From positions 204,540,001-204,604,000 of the forward strand of contig NC_058368.1 of assembly GCF_018350175.1 (NCBI RefSeq): a stretch of DNA of 64,000 nucleotides, read 5' to 3'. Source of the DNA: Felis catus. Taxonomy: Eukaryota. Each line of letters begins with the position of its first letter. Within the stretch, counting starts at the first letter, position 1. Below the pieces are notes generated by a model, which had not been told where the DNA came from, did not search any database, and saw nothing but the letters and a program-made list of their open reading frames with translations. The translations under genes were made by a program, and so were the position numbers. Positions 36,071 through 50,189 of the stretch are shown one piece after another.

Positions 36071-37389
36071 GAAGGGCAGATGTAAATATTTTCCTTGGGA
36101 GCTTTGTTTGTTTGTTTCATTTGGCTTCTGGGAAGATGCAAGTAAGCTTGTCACCACCATCTAATGCTGGCGTGACCCAATCAATTAGACTTGCAAAGCT
36201 ATGCTGAACTTCCTTTGATTAAAATCATACAGAAAGAGCATGTTTATGTGCTTCATCTCACCAGCCCAGGCTTTCTGAAGCAAATTGCACTGAAGGTTAA
36301 CATCAACATCCAGTTTTCAGCACTTTGTGTCTGACAACTATTAGTCCTAGGCTGGAAGCCTGCTGCTTCCTTCTCCTCTCTCTTGGCCCGGACATATGAT
36401 TTAACCATCTAGGAGCCTGAAGGATTGGAGCTTCATCTCTCTTGCTCAGTGGGTTTGATTGTTGCCTGCAAAAGTTGAGAGCCCGGGTGATTACCCCCTC
36501 ACACGTGATACCAGCCTGGGTCTGGGACGGATCCAGGTACTGAGAGGAGGCTCAGTTGAATGCCCCAGACTACTGGGAATAAGGAGAATGTGGAGGCTGT
36601 GTCTGTGCCCCAACTCTTTAAAAAACTGCCTAAATGGGCTTACCTGGGAACTGATGCTGAGGTTCTGACTGGGCCATAGTAGACCCAGGGGAGGTGAGTC
36701 CTATAGACCGTATGGCTGAGTGGGACCCAGAAAAGCTGGGCCATGCCATTGCTGGTGGAAGCTGAGAGATCTGCGACCTGGTGTCCACGCAGGCAGAGGT
36801 CCTGGGACTCTGCCCCCTCTAGCCCTAACCTGGTGGTTTAGCCATAGCGGTTTCCTCTCTAACTTGGGTTTGTCCACTCCTTCCAAGCCTTGGTGTGGCC
36901 ACTGCTAGTCCACGCAGTGCTGGGTTTGTGGTTCTGTAGGACAGCCTTTCAAAATAATTTATTTCATTTTACTTCTAAGGACTGCATAGTTTTGGGTTTT
37001 CAGATGTACCATTGCTTCCCCCAGCTCTTTCCTGAAAAACACATTTATTTGTTTGTTCTAATAGACTTTCTCTTTTAGAGCAGTTGTAGGGCACAGCAAA
37101 ACTGAGCAGTAAAGAGGGAGAGTTCCATGTATCCCTTCCTCTACACCGGCATCGCTTCCTCCACAATCAGTCAACATCCTTCACCAGGGTGGTAGTTATT
37201 CCAATCTATGAACCTGCAGTGAACTTGTTACAGTTTCATGCTTGTAGAAGCAGAGCAATTTCTAGATAAAAAGAGTATTCACCTTTAAATATTTAATGCA
37301 TATTGCCCTATTGAATTTACAAAAATCCTCTCAAATTTATTCCTACTGGTGTGTATTAATCACGTTTTCTGTTTTCTGTGTCTTGTGAC

Positions 37390-37885
37390 GTTTTGACATC
37401 TTAGAAAACCTCTCTGTCTGTGGACAGACCGCCCCTCCCAGAGCAAGCCCATTTAGAAGTAGCAAAGGACCAGCCAGGAGCCTGCCTTTGCTGTGCAAAC
37501 AAACCAACTCACAGCCATACTTCCTATGGCCCAGCCAGTACATTCCTGGAGGCAATATTCCTGTGTCTAATCATTGCAGGGCCAGGTGCCAGGCAACTGG
37601 GGACCACCCCTGTAGCCCAAAGCTGGCCCTAAATATTCGAACTGGCCAATCCTAAACTATTTACTCCGCATGCCTGGTCTTCTCCAAGGAAACTCCAATA
37701 AAGGCTCTGGCCTAACTGACTGCTTACTCCTGCTTCTGCTTCCTGACTAAAACCGGGTGTAATCCACTGGCCCTGAGTGATGAACTACGCCTCTCACTTC
37801 TAGGGGCACTGGGAGTAACAGTACACTTCTATTTCAATGGTGTTGACCTCTCTTTGGTGTTAATCAGTCACTTTTAGCAATTAAG
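37390..37885 (+). mobile_element. Solo LTR-like element
   Basis: Starts tgtggacaga (~37419); aataaaggctct at ~37697; ends gacagaacaca. Confidence 0.5.
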
Positions 37886-38151
37886 ACATGGGGACAGAAC
37901 ACAGCGGTGTTTGGGAGTTACTAATTTCCAAGCTGTCACCAAAATGGGGTATAATAACAAAAGTGTAATATGTCCTAATGCCCTAGGCAAAATTATAGTC
38001 ATTGTTTTAAATTGCATTTCTTTGATTTTAGTGAGATTAAACTTACCTTTGGAGGTAAGCTTTGAAGGACGCTTTTCTGAAAATTAAGTTTATGGAAATT
38101 AAATTTTTGTCAGCAATTATTTTCTCCAATTTTTCTTTGGCTTTCCAAAAA

Positions 38152-39800
38152 TTTTTTTTTAAAGTTTATTTATTTATTTTGAGAAAGAGAGCGAGCACAG
38201 GTGGGGGAGGGCAGAGAGCAGGAGAGAGAGAGAGTCCCAAGCAGGCTCCACAATGTCAGCCTAGAGCCTGACATGGGGCTCGAACCCACAAACCGTGACC
38301 ATGACCTGAGCCAAAACCAAGAGTCAGATGCTCAACTGACCGAGCCACCCAGGTGCCCCTTGAAAAATTTTTTAAGAGGAGAGAACAAAGAATATTTAGC
38401 ATTTATATATTCAATTGTGTCAGTCTCTTTCTTTTTAGTTCTGAGTCTACACTCATTTTTTTCCATTAAATTTTTTTTAACGTGGTGAGGGCGCACATGT
38501 AGACTTTACCATTGACCTGTTTTCAAGTGTGTGGTCAGTGGCATTAACTACATGCACGTTGCTGTGCAAACAGCAACACTGAATTCCATGCTCACAAAAA
38601 GTATTTCCACATTGGCCCCTCCCCCAGCCTTTGGCAATCCACATTCCTCCTTGTGTCTCTGTAACTTTGACAATTCCAGGTGCCTCACAGAGGTGGAATC
38701 ACACAGACTTTGCCTTTTTTGTATTTATTATTATTTTTTAATGTTTATTTTTGAGACAGAGAGAGGCAGAACGTGAATGGGGGAGGGTCAGAGAGAGGGA
38801 GACACAGAATCTGAAGCAGGCTCCAGCCTCTGAGCTATCAGCACAGAGCCTGATGTGGGGCTCGAACTCTCAGAGTGTGAGATCTGACCTGAGCCGAAGT
38901 CGGATGCTTAACCGAGGAGCCACCCAGGCGCCCCAAGAATTTGCCTTTTTTGAATGGCTTATTTCACTTAGCATAGTGTCCTCTTCCTTCATCCATATTG
39001 TAGCAGGTGTCAGAATTTCCTTTTAAGGCCAAATAATACTTCATTGTATGCATATTCCTTATTTTACTTATCCATTCATCTACTGATGGGTGCTGGGTTG
39101 CTTCCACTCTTTTTTTTTTTTTTTTTGAGAGGCTGAGACAGAGAGAGAGAGAACAAGAGGGGGAGGGGGCAGAGGGGCAGAGGGAGACAAAGAGAATCCA
39201 CCACCAGAGTAGCTTGGTGATGGTTTGATCCCATGATCCTGGGATCATGACCTCAGCCAAAATCAAGAGTCGCTTAAAGGACTGAGCCGCCCAGATGCCC
39301 CTGCCCCCACCTTCTGACTGCTGTGAACAGTGCTGCTGTGAACATGGCGGTAAAGATAACCTGTTTGAGTTCCTGCATTCCCTTCTTCTGTCTTTACCCC
39401 AAAGGGGAATTTAGCTGGATTGTATGCTAATCCTATTTGTAATTTCTTTTTTTTTTTTAATTTTTTTTTCAATGTTTATTTATTTTTTGGGACAGAGAGA
39501 GACAGAGCATGAACGGGAGAGGGGCAGAGAGAGAGGGAGACACAGAATCGGAAACAGCCTCCAGGCTCTGAGCCATCAGCCCAGAGCCCGACGCGGGGCT
39601 CGAACTCACGGACTGCGAGATCGTGACCTGGCTGAAGTCGGACGCTTAACCGACTGCGCCACCCAGGCACCCCAGTAATTTCTGAGGAACTGCAGTACTG
39701 TTTATCATTGCGGTGGTTCCATTTTTTACATTCCAGCAGGAGTGCACAAGAGTTCCAATTCCTCCATGTCCTTGCTAAGGTATCTGCTCTCTTCTTCTTT
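38152..39800 (-). mobile_element. Old L1 (L1MB-like) 3' fragment with four CanSINEs (38152-38359, 38722-38934, 39110-39302, 39447-39673)
   Basis: tggcttatttcacttagcatagtgtcctc...ttcatccatattgtagca is L1 sequence; the SINE bodies are recognisable; TSD gtaatttct for the last SINE. Confidence 0.85.
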
Positions 39801-39928
39801 TTCGATAGTAGCCATAGTTATATTTACTTTTGTATTTTGGAAAACTGGGGGACAAAAGCCTAGGGCACAGTCAATGTGTGTTAAAATGTGGTTCAAAATA
39901 AAAAAACAAAAATCCTGTACTTTGAATT

Positions 39929-40127
39929 TAGCAGCTGTTTGGGCCAGACCTGTCCCCAGTACCTCACTGCCTTTCCTGAAAACTGTGGCTCAGAGAGTCA
40001 CGTCATCTATTTTTACAAGACTGCACAGGAAGTAACACATGGTGAGAAGAAATATAACACCCAGAGGTCTGTGATGTTTATATTTTGGCTTTGAATCAAT
40101 ACATTGTATTATGCCAAGCACACAATT
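39929..40127 (+). repeat. Left copy of a ~200-bp inverted repeat
   Basis: Reverse complement of 41973-42143 (shares ttgaatcaatacattgtattatgccaagca, atggtgagaagaaatataacac, cagtacctcactgcct). Confidence 0.92.
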
Positions 40128-40314
40128 ACTAAATTCCTTACACCCTCCATTCTATTATTTTTTCCATAAGTGTTTTTAGTACAAAAATATTACAAAACAT
40201 TTATTATAAGCTTTCCTTTAAGAAATTGGTCATTAGAAGAATGGCATTGAGTAATAGAGTAATCATAGTCCTTATTTGAAGACATATGTGCTTGCATTTG
40301 TATTTACTTATTCT

Positions 40315-40500
40315 TTTTTTAAATATTTATTCTTGAGAGAGAGAGAGGGAGAGAGAGAGAGAGAGAGAGAGAATCCGAAGTAGGCTCCAGGCTCTGAGCT
40401 GTTAGGACAGAGCTAGATGTGTGGCTTGAACTCATGAACTGTGAGATCATGACCTGAGCTGAACTCAGACACTTAACTGACTGAGTCACCCAGGCGCCTC
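40315..40500 (-). mobile_element. CanSINE
   Basis: SINE body; tatttacttattc repeated on both sides. Confidence 0.9.
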
Positions 40501-41972
40501 ACGTATTTACTTATTCATTGATAATCCTATATTAAAAATCAATAAAGCCCCACTGGAGGGAGGTTCCCATTCCTTACACACCATGCCTCTGCCAGTCCTT
40601 GTCTGTAGAGACTTACAGAGTATCTGACTTACAGATATGAAATCCCCCCCATAACAATGGGGGAACAAAATCCCCCCCCTCAATTCACCTTTATGGTAGA
40701 TCAAGTGCACTAAAAGGAAAAAAACCATGGGATTGATTGGTTGTACCTCATACCAAAAACAGGTGTCCTCATAGAACAATTTAATGCCTATTGAAGACTC
40801 AGCTGTTGCGCTATCTTGGAACAATACCCTGTGGAGTTGAGACACGGTTCTCCAGGATGTGCTTTGTGTATTGAAATAATGATGGACACATAATGTGATG
40901 TCACGAATAGCTATAGTGTGCAGATCTGGAAACTAAGGAGTGAAAGGAGAATTGGCTTCCCTCATGTCATTACCCATGACCTACACGTCCAGAATTTGTG
41001 ATTTGCATTTCTATATCTCTCCATTCTGCTGGGTTGGAGGAGTTCTTGGTTTTTGTGATGAAGAGGATGGGGTCCCTTTTACCTGGGGACATAACATGGG
41101 TTCCACTAAACTTGATGCTATGCTATTGCCTAGGCACTTTGAGTCTCTATAATGGTGAACTGATAGGCAAAAGAGGAAAATGTTATACTGATGATCAACC
41201 TGATTATTGTGATAAGTTTTATAAAGAGGCACGGGGCAATATCTCTGTAATTTGGGGGACTCACCCAGGTGGTAACGATAATCAGTCAATTGTAGAGGCC
41301 GTGAACTAGAGCTTATAAAGAGTGAGATCTCTTGGAGATAGATTGAACATTTCCCACTACATCAGTAGCATCACAATGCTGGTGTGCTTAGAGGTGAGGA
41401 AAATCTAGAATGAGTAGTAGAGCGGGGAGAAGGTGAATATCAGTGATGGTTTTTAAAGCTGCTGCTTCCATGAATATAGTGGGTCTTGTTCTGTGTTCCA
41501 CTCACCCTATATTCATAAGTCTTTTAATAGAGTTGCTATTGGCTACCACCTTGAAAATTAGTCCATGTTTCACCAACTCTATGGGTATAGAGGAACTTGT
41601 TCTGTGTTCCACTAATCCTATGGGCACAAATCTTTTCATACAGCTGCTATAAGTGCCACCTTGAAAATTTGGTGGCAGAATGGACTTAATATGACACATG
41701 GGAATATTTGTGGTACAAAGAAAGGACTGTAATATATGCTTGTGATGTGTGGGACCAACTGATTTTAGAAAACTGTGCTGGAGATTTCTATCCCAGCGAA
41801 ATATCCCATCGAATACGTGTCTTGGAGGGTTTTCTTCTGCTTTTTCTGAAGCTATGGAAGACCACTTAGCCATGTGCAGTGTTCGTTCAGGAGTTAATAT
41901 CCCTGGTTATAAGCCTCAGACATTTATGGAGCAGGAAAAATTAAGCGACTGGAGGGTGTATAGGAATCTGAC

Positions 41973-42143
41973 AACTGTATGCTTGGCATAATACAATGTA
42001 TTGATTCAAGGCAAGCATGTAAATATCACAGGCATTAGTGTTATATTTCTTCTCACCATTTGTTACTTCCTGTGCAACCTTGTAATTCTCTGAGACACAG
42101 TTTCCAGGGGAAGGCAGTGAGGTACTGGCCCAAACAGCTGCTA
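41973..42143 (-). repeat. Right copy of the ~200-bp inverted repeat
   Basis: See 39929-40127. Confidence 0.92.
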
Positions 42144-44337
42144 CAGTGTTTAACCATTATCAACCTTTGGCAATCTTGTTTGATGTATGTGTCTCAGATT
42201 TCAGATAGAATGTTTTAAAGAAGATCAGAGGCATCATATTGTTGCAACTCTCAATACTGGAGTCTCTACACAGAACAGATCACACCTTGTTCATAGTGCC
42301 ATCATAGTATCTTATAATTTTAACAAGAATTAACACCATCCAGTAGTCAGTACTCATGACCTTCTCCCCAGTTGTCTCAAAAATACCCTTTTAGACTTGA
42401 GTTCTTTACATGAGGATTCAGAGAAGGTCCATGCATTCCATATGGTTAATAGGTCTCTGAAAACTCTTGATTTACAATGATTCCAGTCCACTCTTTTTTC
42501 TTGCTTTTCATTTCTGAAAAAGCAGGGTAATAAATCCTGTAGAATAATCCACATTCTAGATTTGGCTGATTGATTGCTATGTGTTGCTTGTACTTCTATT
42601 CCTCGTAACTCTTTGTGCTGTCAGATTTAGAGGAGTGGTTAGATTTAGACTGAATTTGGGGGGACGAGAATACTTCATAGGTGATGCTGTGTTTCCTTTC
42701 AATTAGGGGCCACATAGCCTGAGTTATGCCCCTGTTAGTGGGTCCCACTGTGAGGGAAATTCAAACATTATCAGGGAAGCTTCTGGGTAAGAACCATGTT
42801 TCAGTATAAGTTTCAGTATAAGGACTGCCTACAACTAGGACTAAACGAGGAGGAGGAGGAAGAGGAGGTTGCTAGTGCAATGTGGAAATCCTGATGTGGT
42901 TCACTAGCAACAACGTCTGGGAAGAGGGACAGCATACGAAATAAGAAAAACTTCCATTCATTTGAAGAATACACACAAAAAAGTGAGAGATGACAATAAA
43001 TAGAAGATTACTGTAGCATGGCTGAATTGTATGTGAAGAGAAGCTCAAAATCATTCTTGATAAGATAACACGCTAATTAAACTATGCAACTGTCAAAAGG
43101 ACACAAGTTAGAAATGTGGGTAATTCATTGCTTTGTTGCTCAGGCTTCGAAGTGAACAGACCTCTCAAAAGGCTGGTATTCCTGTGAATTCTGAAAAGCA
43201 TTATGGAAGTATTGGTGGAAAGCTTTGTCCTTTGTTTGTCTAAACAGTACTCCTGGACCCATCTCACAGAAAACATCTCATACAGGTCCCCAGGGATACA
43301 TACATGATGACATTGATCACAACATTTTTTTGTGATAGAGAGAAGTTGGAGGCAATTGTGCTGTTTATGGAAACTGTCCTGTATTCATTCTATAAAATGT
43401 TCTGCAGCAGTTAGCTATAACAAACAAGTTGTATATAGAGCTCAACTGATTAATCTTAAAATCCTAGTGAGGAGTAACTAATTAAATAGAAAGAGATATA
43501 TACCAGAATCACATTTATATACGTGAAGAATATTTACATGCCCAAAGCTACAGATTCCATGGGATACATGCATGATTCCATGTAAGATCCAAGCAGGTGA
43601 GCTATCTCCTGCTGTGTAACCAACTATCTCACATGTAAGGAACTTGAAACAGCAAACATTCTAAGATGAAGAGAGTTCTAGAGATAGGTGGGGATGATGG
43701 TTGGCAACATGAGTGCATTTAACACCGCTGGCCTGTGCACCTGAAAATGGTTAAGGTAGTAAATTTTATGTGATGTGTATTTTACCACAATTTGAAAAAT
43801 TAGGGGATAGGAAAATCCTCAGCAAGCATGTACTATCTTACACAGCTTGTATTAACCAAGGAGGAACTTTGCGGGGTGATCATCTCACACAATTTCTGGA
43901 GATCAGGGAGGAGCTTAGCTGGGGTGTCTTGCGGAGGGTCTCTCAGGAGGGAGGGATCACTTTCCAAACTCACTCATCTCCTTGCTGACAAGAGGTCTTA
44001 GTTCTTTACCACAAGGGACTTTCCTAGGGATGTTCATACTGTGGAAGCTGGCCGCCACACATGTAATGATCCAAGAGGGAGGAGGGATCATGATAGAGTA
44101 ACCAAAATAGACCTGCAGTGTCTTTTGCAACCTAGTCTCAGAAAAGACATATCACCCCTTCCTACATATTCTGTGGGTCCCACCAACCAACCCAGAACAA
44201 TGTGGAAAGGGAGTGCAAAGGGATGTGAATGCCAGGCTGCAGGGATCATTGGTGGCCATCCTGGGAGCTGGCTACCAAGTCACTTTAACGTTTAGTTTCC
44301 CCCAACAATAAAGTTTAGTCCAAAGGGAGAAAATGTA

Positions 44338-44535
44338 GGAGCACCAGGTTGGCTCAGTTTGTTAAGTGTCTGACATAGCCTGGGGTCTTGATCTTGTGGT
44401 TTGTAAGTTTGAGCCCTTCACTGGGCTCTACATTGATGGTGTGGAGCCTGCTTGGGGTTGTCTCTCTTTCTCTCTGCCTCTCCCCCACTCATGCTTTCTT
44501 TCTCTCAAATGAGTAAATAAACTTAAAAAAATAGA
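44338..44535 (+). mobile_element. CanSINE
   Basis: Diverged SINE head and A-tail. Confidence 0.85.
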
Positions 44536-44640
44536 AAATATAGTTACATAATAATTCTTAATGGCAATCAAATCATCAATGCTTCAAAAGTACTTACAAA
44601 GAAATAATAAAATCATGCTCAAACTCTCCAAAATAAAACT

Positions 44641-44643
<3 letters not shown>

Positions 44644-44685
<42 letters not shown>
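44644..44685. repeat. (TA)n microsatellite
   Basis: Direct observation. Confidence 0.98.
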
Positions 44686-44689
<4 letters not shown>

Positions 44690-46150
44690 ATCACTTGTAT
44701 ATAATATATATATATTGCCTATTATAGATATTTTAAGTTGATACCCAATGTTATTGAGAATAGGGCAGTATCTTCTCATATAATTCATGTAGGAAATTAG
44801 TGCCGCCATATTTTAAAGAACACTAATTTATATAAATTATATTTATTATGCACAGATCTTTCTACAACATAGAAATTTCACTTTTAGCAATGTATTCATC
44901 CAAAAAAGTTCCATACAATGGAGATTATATGAACCACAAAGTAGAAATGGGGAAATTTGAAATAGAATATTTTTACTCCCCTCAAAAAAGTGTAAGTAGG
45001 GTGAAAGAGAAGACTCCACTATGTGGTCTTTTAAAAGAAAATACCAGGATATTAAGAAGAAAAAATAGTTATAAAATGGAGCGTTTATCATGATTTCATA
45101 TTTATATGTAACTAGGAGAAATATAGGACCTCAATAGCTTTTATGAGATATTAGGGGCAGATGTGCTTTAGGATTCAGGTTGTGGAGGGTTTTAAATGGA
45201 CTCGAAAGTGCATATTTTGAGATATGGTAACTGTGACCATCCCGGTCTGGGGCAGCATTTTGTAACATATCATTGCTATTTATGGTGTTTATGGCATGAA
45301 AAAATCAGTAGTCATGTTAATTGGGATAAATAAAGAGCATAATACATATTTACCTCAGTTCAGATCTGTTGTGATGTCTCATACTTTGGGGACCAAATTG
45401 TGAAATAAAAAGAGGAGGTTTTAAGAAGCTTTGAACTTTAGAACTGCTAATAAGAAATTGTGCTCCAATCTGAATCTGTGATTATCGGCAAGGAGCTTTG
45501 TAGAATACTTTCCTTAATCCATTCGGGGACTGTTTATCCACTTTTCTTTCCCCTCCCCCAGTGATTAGTTACTAATTTGGATAGAAGAAAATAAACAGTA
45601 AAATTAGAAGTAAAGATGGAATTTCTGGCAATCTGTTATCTTTGATGCTTCCCTCTCTATTTTCCTTGCTCGTCTTAGGAATAAAGATTAATCCAAGGAA
45701 ATTGAAGTATTTAAGTAAAGGCACACACACCAGTGTCTCTGGCATGTATCAACCTCTCTGGTGGTATGATTTATGTTTTATGGGCTAACTTTAACTGAAG
45801 TACTCAGAATTGATTGAAATAAAGAGATTATCATCCCATGGTTTCAATTTTTCAATTCCCCATGGAAAGGACAATGTTTACTTCCTGGAGAAGTTACAGT
45901 CTCAGCTCCAGTGAGGGAGGCCCAGAGAATCTTGTAACAGGAAAAATGGAAAGGGTGGTGTGGTGTCTTAAAAAATAAAGAAAGGGTGCCTGGCTGGTTC
46001 AGTCAGTAGAGTAGGCAATTCTTGATCTCAGGATTGTGAGTTTGAGTCCCATGTTCAGTGTAAGGATTACTTAAAAAATAAAATCTTAAAAAAAAAGAAA
46101 AAGAGGGGAGTAGAAAAATGTTTAGGAAGTAATTCACAGGGAGGAAGGTA

Positions 46151-47430
46151 CATTAAAACCTTGGTTTGCAAGCATAATTGTTCAGACAACATGCTTGTAA
46201 TTCAAATCACTTGTATATCAAAGTGGATTTCCCCATAATAAAGAATGGAAACTGAGATGATTCATTCCACAACCCAAAAATATTCATGTAAAAATGATTA
46301 CAATACTGTAATATAATACAAAATAATAATGACAACACAAAATATAAAGAAAAGTAAACAAATTAATCGGCACTTACCTTTGAAAACCTTCATTTTCAAA
46401 CAGAGATGAGAGAGGACGGTTACTGTGTAGGATGGCTTTCACTGTCACTAATGGAATCACGGCTATCTATTGGCTCAACGGAATCTTTTTCTTGCCATGG
46501 AACTTTAACAAGGAACCTATCCAATGACACTTGGTTTGGCCTCCTTTTGAGGATTTCGTGGAAATGGGACATTGCATTGTGGCTAAACAGATTCATCGCT
46601 CGCACTGCTACAGCCTTCTTTGGGTGGTTTCTACAACATTTTGCACTGTTTCCCACATTTTACACATCTCCCTAATCTCATTTGAAGTGAGGGATTCTCC
46701 ACCTTTTTCTCCTCCTCTGCAAAGGAGAGGCAGACTTAGACTTCTCATAAAATCCTACAATTTTGGCCACTCTCATCATACTTCTCAATGATTTTCTTCT
46801 TTTTTTTTTTTTTTTTTAATTTTTTTTTTAACGTTTATTTTTGAGACAGAGACAGAGCATGAACGGGGGAGGGGCAGAGAGAGAGGGAGACACAGAATCG
46901 GAAGCAGGCTCCAGGCTCTGAACCATCAGCCCAGAGCTCGACGCGGGGCTTGAACTCACGGACTGTGAGATCATGACCTGAGCTGAAGTCGGACGCGCAA
47001 CCGACTGAGCCACCCAGGCGCCCCTCAATGATTTTCTTCTTAACTTCCACCGTAATCATCTCCTCCTTACCGCCTTTCTTTTCAACATTTTCCTGCATGG
47101 GGGCCATTGTATATGCTCACAGGGATGTTGACTATAGCACAGTATTAATAAACTCTTGCCATATACTATATTTACGGTAACTGGCAATAAGGCAGCAGAG
47201 GAAAGGGTCTATATCTGCAGGCAGCCTGACCTAGAATGAAGCAAAGCATTCCTAAGCTTACTCTTGTATGGAAAAGAAAAGGACTGTCCATAGGTGCTTT
47301 GAAGTGACAAAAAATACACTAATGCCAGTTGTGGGCACCTTCCAACGTTCTGAAATATCACTGATTTCTGTCAAACACCACGGCCTGAGACCTAGCATCT
47401 GAGCATGGGAGCCAATCACCCACAATCTTG

Positions 47431-47465
<35 letters not shown>

Positions 47466-47615
47466 ACCATTGGCTCAGCTGTGATCATGTGATGTTCGGC
47501 ATCACTTACTACTGGCATTATAAGATTTTGCTTGTTTATCAAGTGAAAATTTATTAGAAATATTTCCTCCTCTTTTGGAACACTTGCAGGGCAAGTTAAT
47601 CACAAGGTTTTACTG
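46151..47615 (-). mobile_element. pogo/Tigger-family DNA transposon, internally deleted
   Basis: TIRs ca(t/g)taaaaccttg...caaggttttactg flanked by TA. Transposase remnants MAPMQENVEKKGGKEEMITVEVKKKIIE and HPKKAVAVRAMNLFSHNAMSHFHEILKRRPNQVSLDRFLVK. Confidence 0.9.
46801..47024 (-). mobile_element. Young SINEC_Fc-type SINE inserted in the Tigger transposase
   Basis: TSD tcaatgattttcttct. Confidence 0.95.
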
Positions 47616-49194
47616 TATGAGTTTTCAAGAGCTCCAAAAACTGGTACTGGTGAAATTTCTAGGAAGGAGGAATTAGAATAAACTCCTAGTTAACATTTTT
47701 TTGAGTTTACATTGTGCTAGATGTATGACTAAGGGAGAGTGTCCATTAAAGACAGTGATATGGTAGGAATTACAATTAAATTCTGTTTTCTGTGTTTTTA
47801 AGTACTATTTTTTTTTTTAACTGAAATATAGGGGCACCTGGTTGGCTAAGTTGTTTAAGGTCAGACTCTTGATTTTGGCTCAGGTCATGATCTGAGGGGC
47901 GTGGGATTGAGATCTGTGATAGGCCCGCACTGAGTGTGGAACCTGCTTAAGATGGTCTCTCGCTCCCTCTGCCCTTGTCCCCCACTTGTGCGTGCACACA
48001 CACTCTCTCTCTAAAATAAAAAAAAAATTAAATAAAAAATAAATTGAAATATAGTTCACCTAAACTCTATTTTCTTAATGAGTAAAATGAATCAGAAAGG
48101 ATCAACTAACTTCTGAAAGTCAAAGCTGCAAAAAACTCAAACAGAGAAACCACACCAGAATCCTAGTGCTTAATCTTCCAGGCTATAGTGGCCCCATGGC
48201 TGGTGTCACCACGCCTCAGCCATCATTGCCCCCAGACTCACTTCTCCATCTTCCAGAACTGCGATTCCCTGATGCCTTGGGCATCTCTTCCTTGGGCTTC
48301 ACCTGAGATCCAGGGAGAGGTGCACAAGGAGGCCTAAATTTGTATGTCATCTGGGAGTATAGGGGTGTTCAGTAAATGTTGGTAGAGACGGCAAAGCAAC
48401 GTAAAGATGCTTGGAGAGCTCCCAAGGTGGACTTGGAGAAAACTCAGGGCTGCCCCAAGGGGACTTCAGCAATTACACTCTCAGAGACACATGGGATCCA
48501 GTTCCTGTTGTTCAATTTCTTTCATCCCAGCCCCTTTTACTTGCTACTTTTTCTCATCTTCTCCCCCTTCTATTCTGTTTTCTGTCAACCTTTCTCCCTC
48601 ATATTCTGAAACTGTTCTGTACCTGAACCATTTCCTCTGATCTCCATTTTTTTTCTTATCTTTTCCTGGGATTTACTTTTCTTTGCAATTTCTAGTTCTT
48701 GCTGCTGGATTCCAAGGTTTCACTGACCTCGATGTCGTGTTCTCTTGGTTCTTATCCATCTTTGTTCACAGCCTGATTCTGTTGGGCCCTCAAACCCGGC
48801 AGCCCTAGGGCTGATGTGAGGTGAGAGCGCAGTCCCAGGGGCCACCTGGCCGCCCCTCCCCTGTGGGTATGGAACCGAGACCCTCCGCTGTGGGACCCAC
48901 GTCTTTCCTCACTGTGGAGGCCAAACTGCCTGGCATCCTTGTGGTTCAAAAGAATCCCTGAGGAGAGGGAGGGGAAGAGGAGCAGACTGACTTTGGGACA
49001 GGAAGTAAATCTGATCAGATTGGGAAGCCAACTCCACATCCAGACCACAAAACCACTCCAACTCCTTTTTGACCACCTATGTCCATTCTCAAACACCGAC
49101 AACTGACATCTGTTTAATCAGTTCTGCAAGATGTGCAAGGCAAATGCAGCTTTGTCCCAGTTTCCAGAGATTGCAGTACCTCAACTCTTCCACA

Positions 49195-49684
49195 CAGATG
49201 TCCCTGGTCTCCAACAATTTGACTTACCTGACTTTATGGTGGTGCTAAAGCGATACATATGCCACAGAAATTGTACTTTGAGACTTGAAGTTGGGTTTTT
49301 CCCCGGGCTGTGATATGCGGGATGATTCCTTCTTGCCATGCTGGGCAATGAGTCTGCAGCTCCCATGATCATAGGGGTCAAGAACCTATAGGCTTCCAAC
49401 CATTCTGTTCTCGTACAAGCATTCTGTCTTTCACCTTCAGGACAGTATTCAATAAATTACATGAGATATTTGACACTTTATTATGAAATAAGCTTTGTGT
49501 TACATGATTTTGCCCAACTGTGGCTAATGGAAGTGTTCTGAGCACATTTAAGGTAGGCTGGGCTAAGCCATGATGTGATGTTCAGTAGGTGAGGTGTATT
49601 AAATGCATTTTCAACTTAGGATATTTTCAACTTATGATGGGTTCATTGGGACATAACCCCATTCTAAGTCAAGGATGATTTGTA
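49195..49684 (-). mobile_element. Tigger5/MER47-like non-autonomous DNA transposon
   Basis: cagtattcaataaattacatgagatattt...gtgttctgagcacatttaaggtaggct...ttttcaacttatgatgggtt matches the recalled MER47-type sequence. Confidence 0.8.
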
Positions 49685-50189
49685 TTGAAATGTGGAACAG
49701 TCTGTGTAAAAGGAGAAATGTCTTCATAGGGAGATTCAATAATGCCAGCACCTAGTTTCTGAATCTTGAATTCTAACTTCTCAGGGGACAGAAACGTTTA
49801 AAAGCCCAAAGTGTCTTTACAACATGCTTTTTCACTCCTTGTAGCCCAGCCATTTTCATGTGGTATGCAGACTGCAGGGCTGAGGACTAGAAAGCTTCCT
49901 CCTAGGACACCAGCAGGAGAGTAACTCTCAGATGCTGCAGGCCCCGAGATGGGCAGAGACTCTGAGGGCACAGCCTCACTGCGCCAAATGGCTGCATGTA
50001 TGAGCCTTCACTGTTGCTGGATCTTGAAGTACAGTCCCTGTGAGTCCTGGTACAAGGTGGATGCCAACAGAAGTCAGGGGAGTTAGATTCTGTAGCTGCC
50101 TGGAATTGTCTGACCTGGGGCAGATCCCCTGGAACTCCATGGCTGTCAGTTCAGACAGCACAAGGCTTAAGATCTTCCTCTTGTCCCTC

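Larger units (their letters stand above)
44700..48470 (+). repeat. Old direct duplication, copy 2, expanded by Tigger and SINE insertions (SINEs at 45984-46105 and 47831-48045)
   Basis: Collinear with 30865-32750 once the insertions are removed. Confidence 0.85.

Noticed and set aside
44793..44829. agtgccgccatatttt resembling a miR-371/290-family 3p arm
   Set aside because: No complementary 5p arm. There is only a 9-bp stem (aaattagtg/cactaattt) that places most of the motif in the loop; it equally fits a chance YY1-like site.
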